From: Candidatus Lachnocurva vaginae
GTDB taxonomy: Bacteria > Bacillota > Clostridia > Lachnospirales > Lachnospiraceae
Length of the DNA stretch: 64,000 nucleotides
NCBI GenBank assembly: GCA_011082265.1
Contig: CP049781.1
Location: forward strand, 476,333 to 540,332
Reading direction: 5' to 3'
Made by a program: the position numbers and the translations under genes. The notes under the pieces were generated by a model. It was given only the letters and a program-made list of their open reading frames with translations. It did not search any database and was not told where the DNA came from. Shown in pieces: positions 1 to 10,648 of the stretch; within the stretch, counting starts at the first letter, position 1; every line of letters begins with the position of its first letter.

Positions 1-2084
1 ATGATGTAATGGGTGGCGAAGGCGACAGATTTATGGAAATTTGGAACAACGTATTTTCTCAGTTTGAAAATGACGGCCACGGAAATTACACAGAACTTAA
101 GCAAAAGAATATTGATACAGGTATGGGACTTGAAAGACTTGCACTTGTAATGCAGGACGTCGAATCTGTTTTCGATATTGATACAATGAAAGCGATAAGA
201 GATAAGGTTTGTTCTTTTTGCAATAAAAAGTATAAAGAGAATGAAAAAGATGATATATCAATTCGTCTTATTACAGACCATATAAGAAGCTCGACATTCA
301 TGATTTCCGATGGAATTCTTCCTTCAAATGAAGGAAGAGGATATGTCCTTAGAAGGCTTATAAGAAGAGCAGCTCGTCACGGTAAAATGCTAGGGATTAA
401 GGATACTTTCTTGAATAAGCTTGCAGATACTGTTATTGAAAATAGTAAAAAGGGTTATCCTGAACTTGAGGATAAGAAAACATTCATAAAGAAAGTTCTT
501 CTTGAAGAGGAGGAAAGATTCGCAAAAACTATAGATCAGGGGCTTAGCATTTTAAAGGAACTTTGCACAAAGCTTCATGATGAAAAGAAAAATATTCTTT
601 CAGGTGAAGATGTATTTAAATTATATGATACATACGGATTCCCGGTTGATTTAACAGCAGAAATTATATCAGAGCATAACTTTACATATGACAAAGAAGG
701 CTTTGATAAGTGCATGGAAGAGCAGAGAAATAAAGCAAGAAGTGCAAGAAAAGAAACCAATTATATGGGAAGCGATGCAACTGTATATAATGAAATCGAT
801 CCTTCAATATCGAGTAAATTTGTAGGATATGAATATACAACTTATGATTCCAAAGTAACAGTTATGACAACGGAAGATGCTATTGTAGATACCTTAAAAG
901 AAGGAGAAAAGGGAACTATTATAGTATTAGAGACTCCTTTCTACGGAACAAGAGGCGGACAAGTAGGAGATACAGGTGTAATTGAATCTGAAAATGGATT
1001 ATTTAAAGTAGAGGATACAATCCATTTACTCGGAGAAAAGATCGCACATATAGGGAAAATGGTTAAGGGCTTTATAAGCGTAAATGATAAAGTTACACTT
1101 AAGGTTGACAAGAATAGAAGAAAGCTCATTGCTTCAAACCATAGTGCAACTCATCTTGTACATGCAGCTTTGAGAAGCGTTTTAGGAGACCATGTTCATC
1201 AATCCGGATCATATCTTGATGAATATAGATTAAGATTCGACTTTACACATTTTAAGCCAATGACAAAAGAAGAAATTAAGAAAGTAGAAGACTTTGTAAA
1301 TAATGCTATAAATGAAGAAATCAAAGTAAGAACCGATATAATGGATCAAAATGATGCAAAGAATACCGGTGCTATTGCATTATTCGGAGAAAAATATAAA
1401 GAAAAAGTAAGAGTTGTAAATATGGGAGACTTGTCTGTAGAGCTTTGTGGAGGAACTCATGTAAGAAATACACAGGATATTAAAGATTTTAAGATTATCT
1501 CCGAAACAGGTGTTTCTGCAGGAATAAGAAGAATTGAAGCTCTTACTAATCAGGGCTTATTCAATTATTATGAAGATGAAGAGAATACTCTTAATTCTGC
1601 AGCTAAGCTTTTAAAGACAACTTCAAATGAACTTCTTGAAAAGATTGAACATCTTATGAAAGAAAATAAGGAAATTAAATCTGAAAATGAATCGCTAAAG
1701 CAGAAGATGGCAAATGATTCTGTTAAGGATGTTTTATCTAATGTAAAGAAGATTGGCAATTTCAGTGTTGTAGCAATAAATGTTCCTGATACAGATATGG
1801 GAGAACTTAGAAACTTGGGAGATTCCATAAAAGGAAAAATAGGATCTGGAGTGGTAGCACTTGCATCTAACAAAGATGGAAAAGTAAGCTTTATAGTAAC
1901 TGCTACGGATGATGCTGTTAAAGCGGGAATTCATTCAGGAAATATTATAAAGAATGCGGCTCCTCTTCTTGGAGGTGGCGGCGGAGGTCGCCCTGACATG
2001 GCACAGGCAGGTGGAAAAAATCCGGAAGGAATTGAAAAAGCACTTAGGAAAGTTGAAGAGGTTGCAAAGGAGCAGCTAAGTTAA
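1..2084 (+). CDS. alaS: alanine--tRNA ligase (AlaRS), C-terminal ~690 aa; 5' end lies outside the window
   Basis: The ORF stays open to the window start in frame. It has AlaRS motifs FMEIWNNVFSQF, an HSATHLVHAALRSVLGDHV editing-domain H-box, CGGTHV and a C-terminal Gly-rich tail. Confidence 0.9.
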   Translation, partial: DVMGGEGDRFMEIWNNVFSQFENDGHGNYTELKQKNIDTGMGLERLALVMQDVESVFDIDTMKAIRDKVCSFCNKKYKENEKDDISIRLITDHIRSSTFMISDGILPSNEGRGYVLRRLIRRAARHGKMLGIKDTFLNKLADTVIENSKKGYPELEDKKTFIKKVLLEEEERFAKTIDQGLSILKELCTKLHDEKKNILSGEDVFKLYDTYGFPVDLTAEIISEHNFTYDKEGFDKCMEEQRNKARSARKETNYMGSDATVYNEIDPSISSKFVGYEYTTYDSKVTVMTTEDAIVDTLKEGEKGTIIVLETPFYGTRGGQVGDTGVIESENGLFKVEDTIHLLGEKIAHIGKMVKGFISVNDKVTLKVDKNRRKLIASNHSATHLVHAALRSVLGDHVHQSGSYLDEYRLRFDFTHFKPMTKEEIKKVEDFVNNAINEEIKVRTDIMDQNDAKNTGAIALFGEKYKEKVRVVNMGDLSVELCGGTHVRNTQDIKDFKIISETGVSAGIRRIEALTNQGLFNYYEDEENTLNSAAKLLKTTSNELLEKIEHLMKENKEIKSENESLKQKMANDSVKDVLSNVKKIGNFSVVAINVPDTDMGELRNLGDSIKGKIGSGVVALASNKDGKVSFIVTATDDAVKAGIHSGNIIKNAAPLLGGGGGGRPDMAQAGGKNPEGIEKALRKVEEVAKEQLS

Positions 2085-2148
2085 GCTAAAGAGGCTAAAA
2101 GGAGCAATTAAGTTAAGCTGAAGAGACTAAAAGGAGCAACTAAGTTAA
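2079..2148. repeat. 32-bp tandem direct repeat (2 copies plus partial third) starting inside the alaS stop region
   Basis: agttaagctaaagaggctaaaaggagcaatta (2079-2110) and agttaagctgaagagactaaaaggagcaacta (2111-2142) followed by agttaa. Each copy contains an AAGGAG-like motif. Confidence 0.8.
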
Positions 2149-2191
2149 AAATAATTTAGGTGCTAAAAAACTTAAAAAAGAAGGAGCATTT

Positions 2192-2779
2192 ATGAAAAAC
2201 AGGGTTAGGCTATTATCAATTTTGCTTGTAGGAGTTATGGCACTTAGCGGGTGTAGTATGAGTGCAAGTAATAATAATGGTGACAAAAAATCCGATACAA
2301 AAAAAGAGACTGTAAAAAAAGATAAAAAGAAAAAGTCTGATAAAAAGAAAGATGAAAAGAAACTGGAAATCGGTTTTGAAAATAATATGGCTGTAACTAA
2401 GAATTTAAATCTTAAAATAACAGATTATAAGATTTTAAAGCCTAAGGATAAGGGAAATGAAGAAGGGAAAACTTCTGTTATCGTATTTTATTTTGATGTA
2501 ACAAATAAATCAGATAAGAAGTATTCTCCGGGAATAGCATGGTCTGAAGTGTTTAAAGAAGGCATAAGTCAGGAAATCGACGGCAAAAAGGATATTTTGG
2601 ATGAGAATTTCAAAGTTGAAAAATCTTTAGCTAAAAATGATTTAAAAAATATCGAAAAAGGAAAGACTGTTTCAAGTGCTATGGCATTCAGTTTAGTAGA
2701 TGAAAAAGCGGATGTTATGCTATATGCTTTTGACGAAGGTAAAGTAATCGGAAAGCAGGCTTTTAAACTTAATAAATAA
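2192..2779 (+). CDS. Lys-rich lipoprotein of unknown function
   Basis: Signal peptide with lipobox LSGCSM, a KD-rich low-complexity linker and a GGAG RBS upstream. Confidence 0.6.
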   Translation: MKNRVRLLSILLVGVMALSGCSMSASNNNGDKKSDTKKETVKKDKKKKSDKKKDEKKLEIGFENNMAVTKNLNLKITDYKILKPKDKGNEEGKTSVIVFYFDVTNKSDKKYSPGIAWSEVFKEGISQEIDGKKDILDENFKVEKSLAKNDLKNIEKGKTVSSAMAFSLVDEKADVMLYAFDEGKVIGKQAFKLNK

Positions 2780-2793
2780 GAAATCTAAGGTGC

Positions 2794-2954
2794 GTTTCAA
2801 CCTATCTTTTAAAAACGATTCAAAAAATCTAAATTCTAGCGTTTGAATTTCTAAAATCTTTAACTCGCTTCGCTCAGACAGAAAGATTTTTACGAAATTT
2901 AAACGAAGAATTTAAACGATTTTTCTCATATATTTTTAAAAGATAGGTTGAAAC
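2794..2954. repeat. ~160-bp imperfect palindrome with perfect 22-bp outer arms (gtttcaacctatcttttaaaaa / tttttaaaagataggttgaaac); probably doubles as a terminator
   Basis: The arms at 2794-2815 and 2933-2954 are exact reverse complements. The inner 50 bp of each arm is also largely complementary. Confidence 0.8.
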
Positions 2955-3056
2955 TTATTAGATTCATTGAGAGTTTGATTATTAAAATATAATTTTATTA
3001 ATTTCAAACATTTATCCGATTTTAGTATAACAATTAAATTTTATAGGAGAAATTGC

Positions 3057-4094
3057 GTGAGACTTGGTATTTTAGGTTCAGGGAAGATTGTTGAAGAATT
3101 TTTAACCGTAATTGATAAGCTTGATTTTGAAAGCGTTGATATTTTATCAACCGAAAGATCAAAAGATAAAGCTGAGAAGATGGCGAAAGATTTTAATCTT
3201 CGAGATACTTATACGGACTATGATAAGATGCTTAAAAGTGATATTGATGCCGTGTATGTGGCACTTCCTAATTTCCTTCATTTTGAATATGCTAAAAAAG
3301 CGATTTTGGCAGGGAAAAATGTTATTTGTGAAAAGCCGATAACAAGCACTTTTAGAGAATTTATTGAACTTAAAGAACTTGCTTTAAAAAAGAAGTTGTT
3401 TTTAATTGAAGCGGTTACGATTCACGAGATGCCTTCGTACATTTCTTTAAAAGAAAAAATAAAAGAGCTTGGCGATTTAAAACTTATTTGCCTTAATTAT
3501 TCTCAGTACTCTTCACGGTACAATGCATTTATGGAAGGAAAGAAGGCACCGGTTTTTGATTATCATAAATCGGGAGGCGTTTTATACGACCTTAATGTAT
3601 ACAATGTAAATTTTGTGGTCGGATTATTTGGAAAGCCGGTAAAGATTTCTTATACCGCAAATGTGAAAGAAAATGTTGATACAAGCGGGATTATGGTTTT
3701 AGAATATCCGGGATTCAGAGCGGTGTTAGTTGGAGCAAAAGATACCGAAACAGGATTTATTAATGCAGTCGAAGGAACAAAAGCTCATATTGAAATCAAT
3801 ATGCCGGTTTCAAGAATGACAGGATATAAGCTTATTTACAATAAAAAAATCTCCGGAAATTCAATAGATTATGAAAATGTAGAGTATAAAAACACAGGGT
3901 ATGAAAATATAGAGTATAAAGATAAAGATAAACATCATGCAATGTATTATGAATTTACTGAATTTAAAAGGATGATAGAAAATAAAGACTACGAAAAGAT
4001 GAACGAATTACTTTCTATTTCCGAAACGGTTTCCTATATCTTAGAAAAAGGAAGAAAGGACGCCGGAATATATTTTGATGCCGATATGAAGTAA
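3057..4094 (+). CDS. Gfo/Idh/MocA family NAD(P)-dependent oxidoreductase
   Basis: N-terminal Rossmann motif GILGSGKI, an EKP motif (ICEKP), a GTG start and a GGAG RBS. Confidence 0.75.
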   Translation: MRLGILGSGKIVEEFLTVIDKLDFESVDILSTERSKDKAEKMAKDFNLRDTYTDYDKMLKSDIDAVYVALPNFLHFEYAKKAILAGKNVICEKPITSTFREFIELKELALKKKLFLIEAVTIHEMPSYISLKEKIKELGDLKLICLNYSQYSSRYNAFMEGKKAPVFDYHKSGGVLYDLNVYNVNFVVGLFGKPVKISYTANVKENVDTSGIMVLEYPGFRAVLVGAKDTETGFINAVEGTKAHIEINMPVSRMTGYKLIYNKKISGNSIDYENVEYKNTGYENIEYKDKDKHHAMYYEFTEFKRMIENKDYEKMNELLSISETVSYILEKGRKDAGIYFDADMK

Positions 4095-4164
4095 GCACGA
4101 CATATATTTTAACTTCCATGTTACGTGGATATAGTAAATAATGTTAATTAATATACCGCCTTAG

Positions 4165-4216
4165 TTTTAAAGCACGAAACAAAAAATTTGACGCTTTAAA
4201 ACTATGGTGGTATAAT
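4165..4216 (+). promoter_or_regulatory. sigma-A-type promoter (TTGACG-17-TATAAT) overlapped by a 9-bp inverted repeat; candidate operator for the HTH of the downstream methyltransferase
   Basis: -35 at 4188-4193, -10 at 4211-4216. The inverted repeat is ttttaaagc (4165-4173) / gctttaaaa (4193-4201). Confidence 0.5.
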
Positions 4217-4256
4217 TGCTTATATATATAAAATATAAAGGAGATTATTTGATTAT

Positions 4257-5822
4257 ATGAAAGCATGCTACACTAAACTTTGGAAAAAATTAATAGATAA
4301 TCAAATGAATAAAACGGATTTACGTAAAAAAGCAAAGATAAGCAGCAGTACGCTTGCTAAGATGAGTAAGCAAGAAATGATTAGCTCAGATGTACTATCC
4401 AAAATATGTAATACGTTGAAATGTAGCATTGATGAAGTGGTGGATCTCGTACCTGATGATAATGAGGAATTTATTGTTGAAAATAATCCTAATAAATTAA
4501 AAGTTATATCTTTATTTTCAGGAGCAGGAGGCATGGATTTAGGGTTTCTAAATGCCGGTTTTGAAATTATATGGGCTAATGATTTTTTTAAAGATGCGGT
4601 AAATTCTTATAGGAAAAATGTCGGAAAACATATAGTATATGGAGATATTACTAAAATATCAGATAAAGATATTCCGGATGGAGCTGATGTTATTATAGGC
4701 GGATTCCCATGTCAAGGATTTTCTGTTGCAAATATTAAACGATCCATGAAAGATCGAAGGAATTTTTTATATAAAGAAATGTTAAGAATCATTGCAGATA
4801 AAAAACCTAAATTTTTTGTGGCAGAAAACGTTAAAGGTTTATTATCTATTGAAAATGGAAAAGTTTTTAAAATGATAAAATCTGATTTTGAAAACTTAAA
4901 AGATAAAAATGGAAATCCAATTGGATATAATGTTGATGCGAGAATTTTAAATGCCGCTGAGTATGGAGTTCCACAAAATAGAGAACGTTTGGTTATTATG
5001 GGAAATAGAATAGGAATTGATAATCCTTATCCGAAGCCTACTCATTATATAGAAACATCTTTAAATAGCAAAAACTTATTACCTGCTATGACAACAAAGC
5101 AGGCTATAGGTTTTTTACTTAATAAGAAAATTACTAATAATGAGATAATTATCAGTAAAAAAGAGTTAGAAGAACATATACAAAAAATGAATATAGCTGA
5201 TGTTTCGGGATTTTATGCGAATTTGGGTGTCAGTCAGAATGAAGAAAAATATACTATTAAAAATCATATAGCGTCAGAAAATGTTGCAGATAAATTTTGG
5301 GGAAGAAAATATGAAGTTAATCAGCACGATATTTGTAATTATTTAAGATATTGGAGAGATAAGTCCGGTTGGACAACAAAAAAAGTTGACAAGCATTTTG
5401 GATATTCTTATACTGCAGGTCATTGGTTTAGAAAAGATAATAATTCAGGAAGTATTCCAAAACCGGAAGATTGGTGGGAATTAAAAAAAATTTTTGGCTT
5501 TGATGACAAATATGATAAGCAAGTAACTACGTTAATTGAGAAAAAAATAAAATTTGAGCAATCACTAAGAATTACTAACTGGGACAGACCTAGTGACACT
5601 ATTACCGCCACTAGTCCTGAAATAGCAGTAAATAAGAAAAGAAGATTAAGCGTTAGAGAATGTGCTATATTGCAAACATTTCCATTAGGCTATGAATTTA
5701 CCGGAAGTTTAAACAAAATGTACACTCAAATAGGAAATGCTGTCCCGGTTAGGCTAGCTACACAAATTGCAAATGAAATTTGTAAAGCAATCGAAAAGTA
5801 TAATGAATCAAATAAAAAATGA
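4257..5822 (+). CDS. DNA (cytosine-5)-methyltransferase with an N-terminal XRE-type HTH domain (SsoII/EcoRII-like autoregulatory architecture)
   Basis: Motif I FSGAGGMDLGF, motif IV GFPCQGFS, motif VI ENV, motif X QIGNAVPV. There is a long variable region between motifs VIII and IX. The N-terminal ~60 aa resembles a Cro/C1 HTH. Confidence 0.9.
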   Translation: MKACYTKLWKKLIDNQMNKTDLRKKAKISSSTLAKMSKQEMISSDVLSKICNTLKCSIDEVVDLVPDDNEEFIVENNPNKLKVISLFSGAGGMDLGFLNAGFEIIWANDFFKDAVNSYRKNVGKHIVYGDITKISDKDIPDGADVIIGGFPCQGFSVANIKRSMKDRRNFLYKEMLRIIADKKPKFFVAENVKGLLSIENGKVFKMIKSDFENLKDKNGNPIGYNVDARILNAAEYGVPQNRERLVIMGNRIGIDNPYPKPTHYIETSLNSKNLLPAMTTKQAIGFLLNKKITNNEIIISKKELEEHIQKMNIADVSGFYANLGVSQNEEKYTIKNHIASENVADKFWGRKYEVNQHDICNYLRYWRDKSGWTTKKVDKHFGYSYTAGHWFRKDNNSGSIPKPEDWWELKKIFGFDDKYDKQVTTLIEKKIKFEQSLRITNWDRPSDTITATSPEIAVNKKRRLSVRECAILQTFPLGYEFTGSLNKMYTQIGNAVPVRLATQIANEICKAIEKYNESNKK

Positions 5823-5828
5823 GTATTA

Positions 5829-6647
5829 TTAATTTAATGTTGGATCAAAATTATCAAGATAGAATTTTAGCTTTTTCTTTACGTAGTCAGACATATCAGG
5901 ATTTTTATGAATAATTCTTACTCTCTTTTCATTACCGTTTAATAATTCAAAGTTCGGTACTGCACTAAAATTAAATCTTGCTTTACCGGGATTTTTGCCG
6001 GCTTTTAAAGGTCTGGATTTATACTTCTCTTTTAATCTGCCGTTAGGAAGGCACATAATAGAAATTAGTTCACATTTTTGAGTCACGGAACTATTTAACA
6101 TACATACAAAATATGTTAAGGTTATTTTTTTAGTGCCATCTGATTTAGTATAAAATACAGGTAAGTTGGGCTTATATATTTCATTATTACCGTTAGTTTT
6201 TAGTATTTCAGCACTATATGAATTTTGATTTTCACCAACAAAAATACAAGTATTGAAATCTCCTATGTTATCATTTTTACTTGTGCCTTCATTTGTTGTT
6301 ACGCTTTTTAAATCAATATGTATATAAGCATCTTCTACTTCAAAAAACAAATCGGAGCTTACAGGACAAGAATTCGGTTGACCAGCAATTTTACCATTAA
6401 GAAGAGCATATACAATTCTTTCACTTCCTACGTCAAATTCTGATATACCGCTGTTATTATTGCCATAAAGTCCTTTCCAATCGTTTAAAATTTCCTCTTT
6501 TGAAAGCATTCCACGGACGATATCATCTTCTGCAAATTTCAAAAAATACCAATATTTCATCAAATATTTGTATTCTAATTGCTCAATTTCCTCAAGCGTT
6601 AGTTGATCTGCTTGTTTATGATTAATATCATACATATTAAAATCCAT
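5829..6647 (-). CDS. putative Type II restriction endonuclease (uncharacterised family) paired with the C5-MTase
   Basis: It is convergent with and 6 bp from the MTase stop. It has no recognisable housekeeping motifs. A PD-(D/E)XK-like stretch is possible (SDLFFEVED...IDLK). Extended -10 promoter TGATATAAT upstream on the minus strand. Confidence 0.45.
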   Translation of the reverse strand: MDFNMYDINHKQADQLTLEEIEQLEYKYLMKYWYFLKFAEDDIVRGMLSKEEILNDWKGLYGNNNSGISEFDVGSERIVYALLNGKIAGQPNSCPVSSDLFFEVEDAYIHIDLKSVTTNEGTSKNDNIGDFNTCIFVGENQNSYSAEILKTNGNNEIYKPNLPVFYTKSDGTKKITLTYFVCMLNSSVTQKCELISIMCLPNGRLKEKYKSRPLKAGKNPGKARFNFSAVPNFELLNGNEKRVRIIHKNPDMSDYVKKKLKFYLDNFDPTLN

Positions 6648-6737
6648 CGTAATATCACATCCTTTACAGAATACATATAAAAATTAAATTTAGTTAATTA
6701 TATCAAAAAAAATATAAAAAGTAATGTTATATATTGA

Positions 6738-6751
6738 CGAACATATGTTTG
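6738..6751. promoter_or_regulatory. LexA (Cheo-type) box-like palindrome cGAACATATGTTTg in the divergent promoter region between the endonuclease gene and the small ORF
   Basis: One mismatch to the Firmicutes consensus CGAACATATGTTCG. Same 12-mer class as the recA box in this window. Flanked by two TTGAC motifs. Confidence 0.5.
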
Positions 6752-6796
6752 ACTGATAAGCTATTAATAGGCGTTGATTATGTAAGGAGGGTATAT

Positions 6797-7024
6797 ATGT
6801 TTGCAATGAATCTTTTAGATGTTACCGACCATGATACAGAATATGGAATGCTAATTTGCTGTAATAATGATATTGACGAGAATATCATACAAAATAAAGT
6901 TATGGAAATAAAAAACATATTTGAAGCTAATAAAGAAGATTGGAATATTAGGGATATTATTAGTAAGATGCCAAAAAATTGGCAAATTATTTTGCAACCT
7001 ATTAGTAAAAATATTATGATATAA
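6797..7024 (+). CDS. small acidic hypothetical protein (75 aa) downstream of the LexA-like box
   Basis: ATG at 6797 preceded by a strong RBS AAGGAGGG. The track ORF 6734-7024 starts at an upstream TTG without an RBS. Confidence 0.5.
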   Translation: MFAMNLLDVTDHDTEYGMLICCNNDIDENIIQNKVMEIKNIFEANKEDWNIRDIISKMPKNWQIILQPISKNIMI

Positions 7025-7200
7025 AAGCCATGTATTTATATGTATAGTAAAAATAATGGGTATATTTTCTAAAATGTAATAAAATCATAATTTAGGAAAT
7101 ATATTGACGAAACCTTGATTTACGGTTATAATCAACTTCGTGCAATGAAATTTAATTTGAATCGGCACAATACGCAACCGGAGGGAGGTTGGTTAGAAGA

Positions 7201-7377
7201 ATGGCAACTGTTATCGTAAAAGAGAATGAGTCTCTGGACAGTGCGTTACGCAGATTCAAGAGAAGCTGTGCTAAGGCAGGAATTCAGCAGGAAATTCGTA
7301 AGAGAGAGCATTATGAAAAGCCTTCTGTAAAGCGAAAGAAAAAGTCTGAAGCTGCTCGTAAGCGTAAGTTCAAATAA
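7201..7377 (+). CDS. rpsU: 30S ribosomal protein S21
   Basis: [42 protein letters not shown] is a canonical S21. A GGAGGG RBS lies 14 nt upstream. Confidence 0.95.
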   Translation: MATVIVKENESLDSALRRFKRSCAKAGIQQEIRKREHYEKPSVKRKKKSEAARKRKFK

Positions 7378-7387
7378 GAACGATTAG

Positions 7388-7416
7388 AGTCTCTGCTAAA
7401 GCGGAGACTTTTTTTG
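7388..7416 (+). terminator. rho-independent terminator after rpsU
   Basis: agtctctgc-taaa-gcggagact followed by TTTTTT. Confidence 0.8.
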
Positions 7417-7448
7417 AATTAAAAATAAATTTAAGCAGGAGAATAATT

Positions 7449-9044
7449 TTGAAATTAGCATTACTTAAGAAAGAAATAGAAAAGAGAAGAACCTTTGCGA
7501 TTATTTCTCACCCGGATGCCGGAAAGACTACACTTACAGAGAAATTCCTTCTTTATGGAGGACAGATTAACGAAGCAGGTTCCGTAAAAGGAAAAGCAAC
7601 AGCAAGACATGCTGTATCGGATTGGATGGAAATTGAAAAGCAAAGAGGAATTTCTGTAACATCTTCAGTTCTTCAATTTAGATATAATAATATGTGCATT
7701 AACCTTCTTGATACGCCCGGACATCAGGATTTCTCCGAAGATACATACAGAACTTTGATGGCTGCGGACTCTGCAGTCATGGTAATTGACGGTGCTAAGG
7801 GAGTTGAGCCGCAGACAAGAAAGCTTTTTAAAGTCTGCGTTATGAGGCATATTCCGATTTTTACATTTATAAATAAAATGGATAGAGATGCCATGGATAC
7901 ATTTTCTTTGATGGACGATATCGAAAAAGAACTCGGTATAGAAACTTGTCCTATAAACTGGCCAATAGGCTCAGGAAAGAATTTTAAGGGCGTTTATGAT
8001 AGAAAAAGTCAGGATGTTTTACTTTTTTTTGATACAAAAAAGGGAACAAAAGAAGGACACATAGAAGAAATCAATATAAAAGATTCCAAGATAAATGATA
8101 TTTTATCTAAAGGAGAAATAGATAATTTAGTAGGAGAAATGGAACTTCTTGACGGAGCGGGAGTTCCGCTTTCTATGGAAAAAGTTAAAGTAGGAGAGCA
8201 GACACCCGTATTTTTCGGATCGGCACTTACAAATTTTGGAGTGGAAACATTTTTAAATCACTTCCTTAAAATGACACAGGCTCCTTTAAAGAGACATTCT
8301 GATATAGGAGATATTGATCCTTTCTCAGAAGATTTTTCCGCATTTGTATTTAAAATTCAAGCGAATATGAATAAAAATCATAGAGATAGAATTGCATTTA
8401 TGAGAATTTGCTCAGGTTATTTTACAGCAGGAATGGAAGCTTTTCATGTGCAAGGAAATAAAATCGTAAAGCTTTCAAAACCGCAAACTATGATGGCAGA
8501 TGAAAGACATATGATAAATGAAGCCTGTGCAGGGGATATCATAGGGATATTTGATCCCGGAATATATTCGATAGGAGATACAATCACAACTTCAAAAGAA
8601 AAATTCAAGTTTGATGGAATTCCAACTTTTGCACCGGAACATTTTGCAAGAATAAGACAAAAAGATACGATGAAAAGAAAGCAATTTACAAAAGGAATTA
8701 TGCAGATTGCTCAGGAAGGTGCAATTCAGATTTTTCAGGAATACAACACTGGACTTGAAGAAGTAATCGTAGGCGTTGTAGGAGTTCTACAATTCGACGT
8801 TTTAAAATTTAGACTTAAAAGTGAGTACGGAGTGGAAATTATTATGGAAAATCTTCCATATGCATATTTACGTTGGATTGAAAATGAAGACATTGATCTT
8901 GATAGCATAAATGGTACAAGTGATATGAAAAAAGTTAAGGACTTAAAGGATCGACCGCTTCTTTTATTTGTAAATGAGTGGAGTATAAAGATGACGGAAG
9001 ATAGAAACAAAGGGCTTATTTTAGAAGAATTCGGAAAAGCATAA
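7449..9044 (+). CDS. prfC: peptide chain release factor 3 (translational GTPase)
   Basis: AIISHPDAGKTTLTEK G1 motif, DTPGHQDF, NKMDR; 531 aa. Confidence 0.9.
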   Translation: MKLALLKKEIEKRRTFAIISHPDAGKTTLTEKFLLYGGQINEAGSVKGKATARHAVSDWMEIEKQRGISVTSSVLQFRYNNMCINLLDTPGHQDFSEDTYRTLMAADSAVMVIDGAKGVEPQTRKLFKVCVMRHIPIFTFINKMDRDAMDTFSLMDDIEKELGIETCPINWPIGSGKNFKGVYDRKSQDVLLFFDTKKGTKEGHIEEINIKDSKINDILSKGEIDNLVGEMELLDGAGVPLSMEKVKVGEQTPVFFGSALTNFGVETFLNHFLKMTQAPLKRHSDIGDIDPFSEDFSAFVFKIQANMNKNHRDRIAFMRICSGYFTAGMEAFHVQGNKIVKLSKPQTMMADERHMINEACAGDIIGIFDPGIYSIGDTITTSKEKFKFDGIPTFAPEHFARIRQKDTMKRKQFTKGIMQIAQEGAIQIFQEYNTGLEEVIVGVVGVLQFDVLKFRLKSEYGVEIIMENLPYAYLRWIENEDIDLDSINGTSDMKKVKDLKDRPLLLFVNEWSIKMTEDRNKGLILEEFGKA

Positions 9045-9217
9045 GGAGATTGGATTTACTGAATGAATTTTATGAAGAGTTACTGCTTTTTCATTGAATT
9101 TAAAAAAGTGACATGATTTTTTTTTGAAATTTTGAAAAGAATAAAAAACAAAAAAAATTTTACTTTTGAAACTACCCTTTTTAAAAAAGAAAGTGTATAA
9201 TTGTTAAAGATGAATAA

Positions 9218-10531
<1,314 letters not shown>

Positions 10532-10605
10532 AAGAATAGTGTGAATTTAGCTATAGTTTATATGATTTTTAAATTTATATATTCTTTAATAAAAAAGATT
10601 TTTTT

Positions 10606-10642
10606 AGAAGTGTTGATTATTTTAGTCGACACTTCTTTTTTT
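10606..10642 (+). terminator. rho-independent terminator after eno
   Basis: agaagtgt-(15 nt loop)-acacttct followed by TTTTTTT. Confidence 0.75.
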
Positions 10643-10648
10643 GTTAAA

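Noticed and set aside
86-1934. Several 60-100-aa minus-strand ORFs inside alaS (86-301, 575-760, 941-1129, 1568-1873, 1734-1934).
   Set aside because: They are antisense to a strongly conserved coding region, lack RBSs and have low-complexity translations typical of AT-rich antisense frames.
3112-3342. 76-aa alternative-frame ORF inside the oxidoreductase gene.
   Set aside because: It overlaps in the same orientation the conserved N-terminal Rossmann domain. No RBS. Spurious.
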